Notes under the pieces: model-generated | Told to the model about the DNA's origin: nothing | What the model saw: the letters and a program-made list of their open reading frames with translations, nothing else | Databases searched by the model: none | Shown here: positions 10,401 to 20,300 of the stretch, piece by piece | How the letters are laid out: every line of letters begins with the position of its first letter | Position numbering within the stretch: position 1 is the first letter of the stretch | NCBI GenBank assembly: GCA_965223905.1 | Contig: CBDCXV010000002.1 | Coordinates: 594,985-658,984, forward strand | Source: Candidatus Latescibacterota bacterium | GTDB taxonomy: Bacteria > Latescibacterota > UBA2968 > UBA8231 | Direction: 5' to 3' | Length of the DNA stretch: 64,000 nucleotides | Program-made: the position numbers and the translations under genes

Positions 10401-12233
10401 GATCCGTTGTTGGATTTGGCGGCCCGAAACGTCTACTCCGTGAAGGTAATTGCCGAGGTCGATGGCATCTTCGTAAGCCGCATCTTTACGATAACGGTGA
10501 CGGACGTGGACGAGGACGGCACGGTGACCTTGTCCACGACTACGCCAGTGGTGGGTCATCCGTTGGGGAGCGCGCTCGATGAACCGGATGGGGGCGTGAC
10601 CGATCTCCAGTGGCAGTGGCAGCGCCGGTTGAGCGGTACGAAGAGGTGGGAAAACATCTCTTCGAGCGGGGCCCGGTCCGAGGAATTCCATCAAGGGGAG
10701 GGGTATACGCCGAAACCGGGGGATGTAGGGTATGAACTGCGGGCGACGGTCGGCTATACCGACGTGCATGACGAGGGCAAGAGCGCGGAGAGCGCGGAGA
10801 GCGCCCCGGTGGTGGACGAGCCGGGCCCGGTTCGCATCCTGCGAGCGGCGGCGGGGAATGGTCAGGTGACGCTTTCCTGGGTGGCGCCGTTGTCGGATGG
10901 GGGCTCGGCGCTGACGGGGTATGAGTATCGGCAGAGCAGCGACGGGGGCGGCACGTGGTCTCCGGACTGGGGGCCGGTTCCGGGCAGCGATGGGTCGACG
11001 ACGAGCCACACGCCGATGGGCCTGACCAACGGCACGGAGTACAGCTTCGAGGTGCGCGCCGTCAACGGGGCGGGCGAGGGGGCCTCCGCGAGCGACACGG
11101 CGACGCCGGCGAGGCCGGACACGCGCGGCCGGGTGGAGTGGAGCACGACTCAGCCGCGGGTGGGTCAGGAGCTGACGCCGACGCTCATCGACCCGGACAA
11201 CCCGGCGCTGGCAGAGGCGCGCTGGCGCTGGCGCCGGCAGAGGTGGCCTCGGTCCGATGACGGCGATTCGCTGGCGGCGCCGGTCCCCGGGTCGCGCTCC
11301 GGTGAATCGAAACTAGGAGTGATCGCCCGCACGCGTCAGTATAGGCCCCAGGTGAGCGATCTCCATCAGTGGTTGTGGGTTGAAGTCACTTATACCGACG
11401 ACTATACCGACGATTCCGGCCGGCACCGAGTAAGCGCGACGACGTCGAGGGCGGTGGGACCGGGCCCCCCGTGCGCCCCCGCCAACCTGAAGGCTAAGCC
11501 CGGGGACGGGCAGGTGACGTTGACCTGGGAGGCGGGCTGCAACAACGGGGGGACCATCGACAGGTATCAATACCGGCGTCCGGAGGCGGTGAAATGGGTG
11601 CGGGTGCCCGGGGACGGCTCGGCCCGTCGTCAGCAGGTGGAGGGCCTGACCAACGGGGAGGCGCACACGTTCGAGGTGCGGGCGAGGAACGGTCAAGGGT
11701 GGGGTCCTGCCGCCCAGGCCACGGCCACGCCCGCGGCGGCGGAGCGCACGGTGTCTTTCGCGGCGGCCGCGTATCAGGCGAGTGAAGGGGGGGAGGCGGC
11801 GACGGTGACGGTGCGGCTGTCGCCGTCGGCGTCGGAAGCGCTGAGCATCCCGATCACGGTCAATCCCCCGTCGGGCGACTTCACGGTGGCCGGGCTGACG
11901 GACGGAGCGCTGTCGTTTTCTTCGGGCGCGGAGCGGCAAACGTTTACGGTCACGGCGGATCAGGATGACGACTGGGACGACGAAGAGGTGACGCTGGGTT
12001 TCGGCACGCTGCCGGCGCAGGTGGGCGCCGGTGCGACCGCGCAGGCGGTGGTGACGCTGGAGGACGTACCGCAGCCCCTGACGGTGACGTACGGGGCCGA
12101 GTCGTACCGTGCGGGGGAAGGGGAGGATGCGGTATCGGTGACGGTATCGGTATCGCCGGAGACGGACCGGGCGCTGAAGATCCCGATTTCGGTGACCCCG
12201 GATTCGGAGACGAGGAAGGCGACTACGCGGTGA
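7461..12233 (+). CDS. Large secreted M6 (immune inhibitor A-like) metalloprotease with FN3/cadherin/Ig/Calx-beta stalk; 3'-truncated
   Basis: Signal peptide from ATG 7461. M6 motifs HEYGHFMGLPELFD, WGLMAGG, AWSRLEVGWL, YFLFENRQ and GLFIWHVD. FN3 (LTNGTEYSFEVRAVN) and cadherin-like (PNYEKP, VTDVDE) repeats. Ends by frameshift in mid-domain with no FlgD tail. Confidence 0.85.
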   Translation: MIRLLPVLLALMPVSALAFVCGFALDETDEQAAAAKAAAGSIDFTQDDISLLLLFGTYQGDTTGPISLSGSNISGSAGDSDDVPMYSPSDFFDIGMPGSLSHYMREMSGNDLTITGTPDDLMTTWHQSTTGTEFAAYNNGPDDCPGGVGPMKTFAREVLAAAYNEHGGDDRIPFEDYDALGVVIPKDFKKCANGTVILSYPFDVPGQSAEYRKVLIITLEKFDRMVGFMAHEYGHFMGLPELFDRSHRQPRLRERADLRADRLKEDDIDDLSEARLHAQEEHDLYLHSAGLGFWGLMAGGARGWQVVDQEVQNEDESTETTFFHFPAPHPMTAWSRLEVGWLDENVIQGNSTVTVKDISEESEAYKIPISGTDQYFLFENRQNTYDADDDNSVGSPYAEHDPKSGLFIWHVDENTGIGNDANEWEERKRVDLECADGLSLGHSTTGAADSETGLDGMDRRHHVPDERFDPQEFGGDNGDAGDLWDGTAGKRKFTPDSNPSSNGYETWTKPTEKFREIFSGEVGFDPELGSGDTLLAGYGKPQNVFSGIYIENIRSNESPAGSMSFDVLFAPMAPQNLEALSGGRLVELMWDPPANSDFAGISSWTVRYRLKPPGSIVERGPRRPEWTDIENLAADTGLYVVRNLENERTYEFEVFATGSDYENPDGTEYSKKRGERARVEGTPDRVMFVGKESIDTKEVILPDPDWDVSLDLYELAAGTNWMLKSSEENGTDHELFQLKGSGGSRDLHFRDPPDFEHSRYASADRTHNIVIQATVGGTDYTKNVSVTIENLEEEGSVTLSTEDARAGQPITATLTDPDIVDTESVTWQWKREVWKEVEGGGHSLSYPEDELIDGATSAGATSATYEPTGEDVGFRLKATASYTDGESGSTRREKSSEKTLKTKGPLVSPMDVEFAEKDTQPVGTAVVNDADGNAVTENVTWSLDLDRGTEQQDEAEFTISTGGVLEFKEPPNYEKPTSVVDPLLDLAARNVYSVKVIAEVDGIFVSRIFTITVTDVDEDGTVTLSTTTPVVGHPLGSALDEPDGGVTDLQWQWQRRLSGTKRWENISSSGARSEEFHQGEGYTPKPGDVGYELRATVGYTDVHDEGKSAESAESAPVVDEPGPVRILRAAAGNGQVTLSWVAPLSDGGSALTGYEYRQSSDGGGTWSPDWGPVPGSDGSTTSHTPMGLTNGTEYSFEVRAVNGAGEGASASDTATPARPDTRGRVEWSTTQPRVGQELTPTLIDPDNPALAEARWRWRRQRWPRSDDGDSLAAPVPGSRSGESKLGVIARTRQYRPQVSDLHQWLWVEVTYTDDYTDDSGRHRVSATTSRAVGPGPPCAPANLKAKPGDGQVTLTWEAGCNNGGTIDRYQYRRPEAVKWVRVPGDGSARRQQVEGLTNGEAHTFEVRARNGQGWGPAAQATATPAAAERTVSFAAAAYQASEGGEAATVTVRLSPSASEALSIPITVNPPSGDFTVAGLTDGALSFSSGAERQTFTVTADQDDDWDDEEVTLGFGTLPAQVGAGATAQAVVTLEDVPQPLTVTYGAESYRAGEGEDAVSVTVSVSPETDRALKIPISVTPDSETRKATTR
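11021..11744 (+). repeat. 724-bp block shared with 17556-18279 (FN3-Ig-FN3 stalk module)
   Basis: Near-identical, constant offset 6535. A second block 11784-11917 matches 18349-18482. Confidence 0.9.
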
Positions 12234-12334
12234 CGTGGCCGGGGTCGACGACACGCTGGCCCCGACCCGGACGGCGGCGTAAACGGAAGCAAGTGGCAGT
12301 GGTGGCTACCCTACCCGGAGCAAGGGAGATGCAG

Positions 12335-13408
12335 ATGAAAACAGCCTTTCGAATCCTTCTCACAGTTATTTCGCTTCTCGCAATGGTGAACTTTTCGTAC
12401 GCGGATTCAGCCGAGACTTCACAGGAAAGAGTGATCCTGGAAGCTGGGGAGATCGACAGCAACACGGTGGAGGTGGGTGCGTTTTCCGTGATTATCCATG
12501 AGCAGAGAAAAGGGCATCCGGTCTCGGGAAAGTGGGATAACTTGGCGACGGTCGGAGCTACGTTCGAGTCGTTGATCCTGGCCTTGGGGAGAGATCGGCG
12601 AACGAAGCCGATTTCTGTAGATGGAATTCAAAGGTTGGTCATAGTAGGAGCGCCTTCCCGGAGGGTGGTGGAGCGAGCCAATATGCGTACGACCAAACAG
12701 TTGGCCGGTGAGGCCGAATCGTTTTCCCTGGAAATTACGGACAAAAATAGTATGCAGGCCCAAGTGATCGTCGATTCAGCGGCCGTTACACCACCAGCGC
12801 CGGGACCAGCGGACGAAGACAGTACTCAGGCAGAGCTCGGCCCCGCCGTTCGCAGGCTCATAGCGCCGCCGGATACGGTTCATCTGAGATTGGAACCGGA
12901 GAAATGGAAGCCGACGACGGAGGACAGGCGGATAGCTGCCAAGTTGGGCCTCGGATTACTAGGTGGGGCCGCGGGGGGCGCCGGCGGGTTCGGCATAGGC
13001 CTTTTGCTTGGATTTGCGGGTATTGGTTGTTCGGGGAATGATAGTGACCGTGAGTTTGGTGGTCTGTGTGTATTCGTGCCAGCCATATACGGCGGTTTGC
13101 CCATAGGCTATACTGTAGGAGTAGGAGCCGGAGTGAGCGTGGTGGATACGCACGACAGCTTCAAATACTCACTGATAGGAAGCGCTGTAGGACTTGGGGC
13201 AAGTATTGGATTAGTATACGGGCTGAAACCCATAGCTGAAAATCCCTATGTAGGTTACCTTGGCAGTAGTTGCATTATTTTGGGCCCCATCGGTTTAGCA
13301 ACAGTCCTGTCCGAATGGTCCCGCGATCCCCCTGAAACCCGTTTCTCTGTCGGTCTGAAGCCAAGTCCCATAGGGCATTTGTCAGCCGCCGCCACGCTGC
13401 GATTCTGA
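12335..13408 (+). CDS. Exported Gly-rich hydrophobic protein with C-terminal beta-hairpin/Phe
   Basis: RBS GGGAG plus ATG 12335; signal peptide ending SYA-DS. VILEAGEIDSNTVEVGAF is shared with the 694 gene. Ends RFSVGLKPSPIGHLSAAATLRF. Confidence 0.75.
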   Translation: MKTAFRILLTVISLLAMVNFSYADSAETSQERVILEAGEIDSNTVEVGAFSVIIHEQRKGHPVSGKWDNLATVGATFESLILALGRDRRTKPISVDGIQRLVIVGAPSRRVVERANMRTTKQLAGEAESFSLEITDKNSMQAQVIVDSAAVTPPAPGPADEDSTQAELGPAVRRLIAPPDTVHLRLEPEKWKPTTEDRRIAAKLGLGLLGGAAGGAGGFGIGLLLGFAGIGCSGNDSDREFGGLCVFVPAIYGGLPIGYTVGVGAGVSVVDTHDSFKYSLIGSAVGLGASIGLVYGLKPIAENPYVGYLGSSCIILGPIGLATVLSEWSRDPPETRFSVGLKPSPIGHLSAAATLRF

Positions 13409-13494
13409 CGATGCGTCTAGAGAACGCCCAAGCAGAATGCGGAGATGGCTGGGTCGCAGTCGGACAATCAGCATTTGGATAAGGATGAAACAAA

Positions 13495-14265
13495 ATGACG
13501 AAGGATAAAATGGCTGTAGTTGCGTTGTTCACATTGCTGACGATTAGGTATGGGTATGCGGATCCGGCCAGCGATTTGGCAGTGGCACCCGCACGGATGA
13601 CCAATGAGGCTAGATTGTTTTTTTGGCGATCAACGACCGGGGGGATCATGCAGACGGAAGCAGGCGTCCATTCTGTGAACAGTTATTTGGCTTCCATGAG
13701 GTTGGCGGTCAGAGACAGTACGCAGATAGATATTGCCAATGTCGTTAGCGGCGTCACAGGAATGCCGGAAAGATTTTCTGGACAAGCAGAAGAAATGAGA
13801 GCCAGCGGGAGAATTGCCAGTAAGCTGGCTGCCGGGACTCTATCGGGAATCGGGTTCGCCATCGTTGGGGGCTTCGTTTTTGTGACTACTGAGGATTGCT
13901 CTGGGTACGACAGTGAAAATACTTTTGGTCCGACTTCTTGCGCCTTGGGCCTCCTCTCTTTCATGTACATAGGCTATGTTGTGGGAGTACCGGTAGGAGT
14001 GAGCATGTGGGATCCACATGATCAATTCATCGCTTCACTTGGGGGCAGTCTAGGGGGAGCAGTAGTGGGGTCAGTGGTGGGCTTAATGATGAGCTCCACC
14101 AATTATGAAGATTATGGAGGATGGCCTTTATTGATGGGTCCTGTTGTTTTCTCGACGATTGCGTCGGAACGATTCCGTAATATTCCCGAAACCCCCCGTT
14201 TCTCAATTGGCTTGAAGCCTGACCTTCGAGGCCACGTTTCCGCGGTTTCCATTCTGCGATTCTGA
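13495..14265 (+). CDS. Exported Gly-rich hydrophobic protein with C-terminal beta-hairpin/Phe (short form)
   Basis: Signal peptide ending GYA-DPASDLA; RIASKLAAG; Cys loop; ends RFSIGLKPDLRGHVSAVSILRF. Confidence 0.75.
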   Translation: MTKDKMAVVALFTLLTIRYGYADPASDLAVAPARMTNEARLFFWRSTTGGIMQTEAGVHSVNSYLASMRLAVRDSTQIDIANVVSGVTGMPERFSGQAEEMRASGRIASKLAAGTLSGIGFAIVGGFVFVTTEDCSGYDSENTFGPTSCALGLLSFMYIGYVVGVPVGVSMWDPHDQFIASLGGSLGGAVVGSVVGLMMSSTNYEDYGGWPLLMGPVVFSTIASERFRNIPETPRFSIGLKPDLRGHVSAVSILRF

Positions 14266-14305
14266 AGGGTCGACTGGACACCACTAATAAAGAGGGCGAC
14301 AAACT

Positions 14306-17300
14306 ATGAAACATAGGATTGTTGTAGTTGCGTTACTTGCCTCATTTTTTATTGAGGATGCGTACGCGGATCCGGCCGGCGATTTGGCATTGGCCCGCAA
14401 GTTTTCCCCCATACTTATCCTTACGAAAGAGACCAGCGGTGAATATGGAAATGTTCGCGTAACCAAACCGGAACCGGTGGAAATTGTGGGTGCGCACTCA
14501 GCCGATTCTTTACGGTTCAGAGTGTACGAACATTATCATCAACCGGATGAATTGCAAAGCCATCCAACCGACGCGACTGTTGTTGGATTTGATGGTTGGG
14601 TTCTCACTCTGACGTATCCCAATGTTAAAGAATTTCCTACTGCTTCTGTCCCTGGTGAACGTCCAACCGATAGTGACATACAAAGTGCTGCGCCGGATGA
14701 AAATTTTACTAGAATCGATTTCCCAAATAACCAATTTGCTTTTCTAAGACTTTTCGAGTACATCGGTGCTCCCCGTGGTTTTGAAAACGGCTTTTACAAA
14801 GTAGCTCCTTACTTTGATTATCCCGGTGTAAAACCAGAAGGCAAAAAGGTACCGAATCCTTTTTCGGATGGACCAGATTCCCTCATCACCCCCGGATGGA
14901 ATGACACGTACTTTGGCAGCGGACCTCACGCAGGCGAGAACGAAAACTTCCCCAATACATCCTACGTGCATATATACAAGACAACCCACACAACCTATAC
15001 TGACTCCATTACAGTAATCCAATTTTTTTACTTTTACCCTTTCAATCACTGGTGGAACAGGCATGAGGGCGACTGGCAGCGAGTTCATGTTGTGGTGAAT
15101 TCGAGGGATAGCACTACTGCGGAGATCATAGGGGTGGAGTATTTGTTTCACAAGGCACATTTGTCTTATTATAATAACTTTAGCTCAAAACCTGACATAA
15201 CAACCAATTATGTGTTTAATCCGCGGGAAGAGATCAAATTAAGTCAGGGTACACATCCTGTAATATACGTGGGGGCCGGATCACATGCCGCATACCCTAC
15301 TGGCGGCGATTTTCTTGTCTATGAAAAAGCCTCTACAAATGAACGTTGGGAGAATATGACCCATACTGGTCTAATATTAAGCACTCAAGCCGATGATTTT
15401 CGTGATGACCTATGGGAGAGGTATGATTTGGTGTTACTTTCTGAACCGGATACGACTAACACAACTAACAATATGGATCTTCCTAAGAGTATGAGTTGGC
15501 TGGGAGCAGATGTCAGGTGGGGGACTCACCGTGTTGATTCGCCTGACTCCTATCCCGTTTCAACTCCGATTATTGGTTCATTGGCGAATTCACTTGTGGG
15601 TCAACAAGGTAATGACAGCCCTCCCGGTCCGTACCATAAAGGTTGGAAAAAGCTCAAATTCTTCAGTCCATCTCAGACTGGTGGAGACGTTCTTGGATTC
15701 GAAGGTTTTCGCCGTACCATTCGGCATAGTGACATACCCTACGAAGATTATCACCACTGGGCAATCCTCGGCCATGAGACTTGGGGTTATCGATATAATC
15801 CGAACCGGGACTCCCCCGGGTCACGCAGTCCTCTCCCCGAGACTTTTCGACTGTCTCGCGGGGACACTCTTTCCTTGACCGGGGACATCGTCATTTTTCC
15901 GAATGACACCCTCACCGTAGTGGAGGGCAGTCTGATCGAATTTGAACCGGTAACCGATCGCCACCAATTTTCTGTACATGGTGCCGATGATCGACGGGCC
16001 GAAATTTTCGTGTATGGCACCCTGATTGCTGAAGGGACTTTTACAGACTCAATTCGTTTTGCGTCCAGGGACACTGTCTTTTTCTGGGATCCTCCCGCTT
16101 GGACTGGAATACGTGTGATGGAGGGTGGTTCGGTTTCACTCAGCCATACAAGAATCAGCGATACGCAGCGCCCCCCCCCTGGCCTACTGGCCTGACGGTA
16201 CAACCGGGCAACAACGCAGCGACGCTGAGTTGGACCAAGTCGGTTGACCCCTCCATCACGCACTGGGAGTACCAGACGAAACAGGGGCTCGCGGATTGGG
16301 GAGAATGGCTCAGGATCGACCCGAGTGATTGGTCGACGACCTCGTACACCGCCGAGAACCTACTCCGGGGAGTGACCTACCAGTTCAAAGTGCAGGCGGT
16401 CAATTTGAGCGGCACCGCCGCATCCGAGGCCGTGGAGGTGACGCTGCCGGCCGGACCGCCGGACCCGCCCGAGTTGACGGTGATTCCGGGTCACGAGATG
16501 GTGACCCTGAGCTGGACCCCCGGATCCGATAACGGCTCGGCTATCGAGCGGCACGAGTTGCGCTACAGCGCCGACGGGGGCAATACGTGGAACCCGGATT
16601 GGACCGCTGAACCGCCGCGCGAGCAGATCATCCGGAACCTGCTCAACGAAACCGCGTACACCTTCCAGATGCGGGCCAAGAACGCAGTGGGCTACAGCAC
16701 GGTGGCGGAGGTCACGGTCACGCCGCAGCATCCGATCCTGGGGCCTACCGCCCTCTCGTCCGCCGAGAACTCTGAGGACCGGTTGGCGACCTACCGATTC
16801 AGCGCCCCTTCGGACCTGGACCTGTCCGAGGTCCTCTACGGCTTGGGGCTGTCCGATATCGACGACAGCGGGGTCTTCGAGCTTGATAATCAGGGCGGGT
16901 TGAGCTTCCAGGACGCGCCGGACTTTGAGGCGCCGGCCACTGCCGATCGGGGCAACCTCTACGCCGTATGGCTGCGTGCGGCTCCAAGTTCTGAGGGTGG
17001 GGGGGAAGGAGTGCGAGTGGAGCCGCCTCCCACCTTTCTAAAACGGGTGGAAGTGACGGTGACCAACGTGGACGAGCCGGGCCGTGTGGAGCTGTCGTCG
17101 ACCGAGCCCAAGGTGGGGGACAGGCTGACGGCGGAGCTCACCGACCCGGACAAGGGCGTGGAGGATGTGGATTGGCGGTGGCAGGCCTTGCCCCCGGGCA
17201 CTCGCAGTACGCACCCGCCGGGGCCGGGAGCCTCGACGGCTTCTTCCCTGCTGGTCACGAGTGAGCATATCGGGCTGACCCTGTCGGCGCAGGTGACCTA

Positions 17301-20300
17301 CGTAGACGGGGAAAGCGAAGACGCGAACGACCGCAAGAGCGCGCAGAGCGCGGCGACGGCGCCGGTGGTGGATGTTCCCTCGGCGCCTCGGAACCTGGAG
17401 GCGGCTGCGGGGAACGCCCGGGTGGATCTGAGGTGGGATCCGCCGCTCACCGACAACGGCTCGGCGCTGACGGGGTATGTGGTTCGGCACAGCGCCGACG
17501 GGGGCGCGAACTGGATGTCGGAGACGCTGGCGGTGACGCGCCACACGGTGCGCGACCTGACCAACGGCACGGAGTACAGCTTCGAGGTGCGCGCCGTCAA
17601 CGGGGCGGGCGAGGGGGCCTCCGCGAGCGACACGGCGACGCCGGCGAGGCCGGACACGCCGGGCCGGGTGGAGTGGAGCACGACTCAGCCGCGGGTGGGT
17701 CAGGAGCTGACGCCGACGCTCATCGACCCGGACAACCCGGCGCTGGCAGAGGCGCGCTGGCGCTGGCGCCGGCAGAGGTGGTCTCGGTCCGATGACGGCG
17801 ATTCGCTGGCGGCGCCGGTCCCCGGGTCGCGCTCCGGTGAATCGAAAATAGGAGTGATCGCCCGCACGCGTCAGTATACGCCCCAGGTGAGCGATCTCCA
17901 TCAGTGGTTGTGGGTTGAAGTCACTTATACCGACGACTATACCGACGATTCCGGCCGGCACCGAGTAAGCGCGACGACGTCGAGGGCGGTGGGACCGGGC
18001 CCCCCGTGCGCCCCCGCCAACCTGAAGGCGGCGCCCGGCGACGGGCAGGTGACGCTGACCTGGGAGGCGGGCTGCGTCAACGGGCAGACTATCGACAGGT
18101 ATCAATACCGTCGTCTGGAGGCGCGGAAATGGGTGCGGGTGCCCGGGGACGGCTCGGCCCGTCGTCAGCAGGTGGAGGGCCTGACCAACGGGGAGGCGCA
18201 CACGTTCGAGGTGCGGGCGAGGAACGGTCAAGGGTGGGGTCCTGCCGCCCAGGCCACGGCCACGCCCGCGGCGGCGGAGTCCCCTCCTCCTCCACCTCCC
18301 CCGCCGCCGCTGACGGTCACCTACGGAGCGTCGTCCTACTCGGCGCAGGAAGGGGGCGAGGCGGCGACGGTGACGGTGCGGCTGTCGCCGTCGGCGTCGG
18401 AGGCGCTGAGCATCCCGATCACGGTCAATCCCCCGTCGGGCGACTTCACGGTGGCCGGGCTGACGGACGGAGCGCTGTCGTTCGCACCGGAGGCGGACGA
18501 AGCGACGTTCACGATCACGGCGGATCAGGATGACGACACGGTCGACGAGACGGTGCTTCTGGGGTTCGGGGATCTGCCGGAGGAGGTGAGCGCGGGCACG
18601 CCGGCCAGCGCCACGGTGACCCTGTTTGACGACGACGTGGTCACGCCCGTGGTGAGCTTGTCGACGACGACGCCGCAGGTGGGTCAGCGGATGACGGCCA
18701 CCCTGGTGGACGTCGACGGGAGCGTGGCGGACACTAGCTGGCAGTGGCAGCGGCGGGCCGACGCGGGTTCGGGGTGGGTGCCTATCGAACGGTCGGCGCG
18801 CTACCCCATTGCGGCCACGTCCCGCTACACGCCGGTGGCCGCCGATGCCGGCAAGCAACTGCGGGCCACGGTGAGCTACACCGACGCCCACGGCCCGGGC
18901 AGCGCCCAGAGCGCGGCCACCGACGCGGTGACGTGGCCGCCGCTGACGGTCACCTACGGCGATTCGACGTATTCGGCGAGTGAAGGGGGCGCCGCGGCGA
19001 CGCTGACGGTGCGGCTGTCGGCAGAGGCGGAACAGTTGGTGAAGATCCCGATCACGAGAGACCCTGCGTCGGGGGACTACACGGTGACGTGGCCGGGGGT
19101 GGAAGACACGCTGTCGTTTTCGGGCAGCACGACCTCGCAGTCGTTTACGGTCACGGCGACCGAGGACGACGACGAGGACGACGAGACGGTGCTTGTGGGA
19201 TTCGGGGCTCTGCCGGAGAGGGTCGAGGCGGGCACGCCGGCGAGCGCGACGGTAACCCTGGTCGACGACACGGACCACCCCGGCACGGTGAGACTGTCGA
19301 CGTCGTCGCCGGAGGTGGGTCAGCGGATGACGGCCACCCTGACGGACGTCGACGGCGGCCTGGAGGCGGTGGCCTGGCAGTGGCAGCGGCGGGCCGACGC
19401 GGGTTCGGCGTGGGTGCCTATCGAGCGGTCGCCGCGCTACCCCATTGTGGACCTGTCCCGCTACACGCCGGTGGCCGCCGACCGGGGCAAGCAGCTGCGG
19501 GCCACGGTCGGCTACACCGACGGGCACGGTCCGGACAAGAGCGCGCAGAGCGCGGCGACGTCGGCGGTGAGGCCGGCCGACACCCCCGGCACGGTGCGCT
19601 TGTCGACGGCGTCGCCGCAGGTGGATCGGGAGCTGACGGCCACCCTGGTGGACGAGGACGGGTACCTGAGGGATATATCGTGGCGGTGGGAGCGCCGGTC
19701 CGGGCCCGGGTCGGCGTGGAGGGACATCGAGCGGCCGGACGACCGCTTTCCCCATGCGGATTTGTCGCGCTACACGCCGTCGTCGTCCGAAGCAGGGCAG
19801 CAGCTGCGGGCGACGGTCTCCTACACGGACGGGCACGGCCCGGGCAAGAGCGCTCAAAGCGGCGAGACCGATCCGGTGCAGAGGCCGGACCGTCAGGGCA
19901 CGGTGCGCTTGTCGACGGCGTCGCCGCAGGTGGGTCGGGAGCTGACGGCCACCCTGGTGGACGTCGACGGCGGTCTGGAGGCGGTGGCCTGGCAGTGGCA
20001 GCGGCGGGCGGACGCGAGTTCGGGGTGGGTGCCTATCGAGCGGTCGGCGCGCAACCCCATTGCGGCCACGTCCCATTACACGCCGGTGACGGCGGATGTG
20101 GGGCAGCAGTTGCGGGCCACGGTCGGCTACACGGACGCCCACGGTCCGGACAAGGCGGCGGCCAGCGGCGAGACCGATCCGGTGCAGAGGCCGGACCGTC
20201 AGGGCACGGTGCGCTTGTCGACGGCGTCGCCGCAGGTGGATCGGGAGCTGACGGCCACCCTGGTGGACGAGGACGGGTACCTGAGGGATATATCGTGGCG

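Noticed and set aside
694-14306. Integron-like cassette array explanation for the tandem paralogs
   Set aside because: I saw no convincing attC-type palindromes in the intergenic gaps and there is no integrase in the window; an IntegronFinder run would settle it.
11021-18279. Possible diversity-generating retroelement TR/VR pair
   Set aside because: Mismatches between the copies are not adenine-specific, both copies are coding, and no reverse transcriptase is in the window.
18280-18310. C-rich low-complexity tract
   Set aside because: It is an in-frame poly-Pro linker with mixed codons, not a frameshifting homopolymer.
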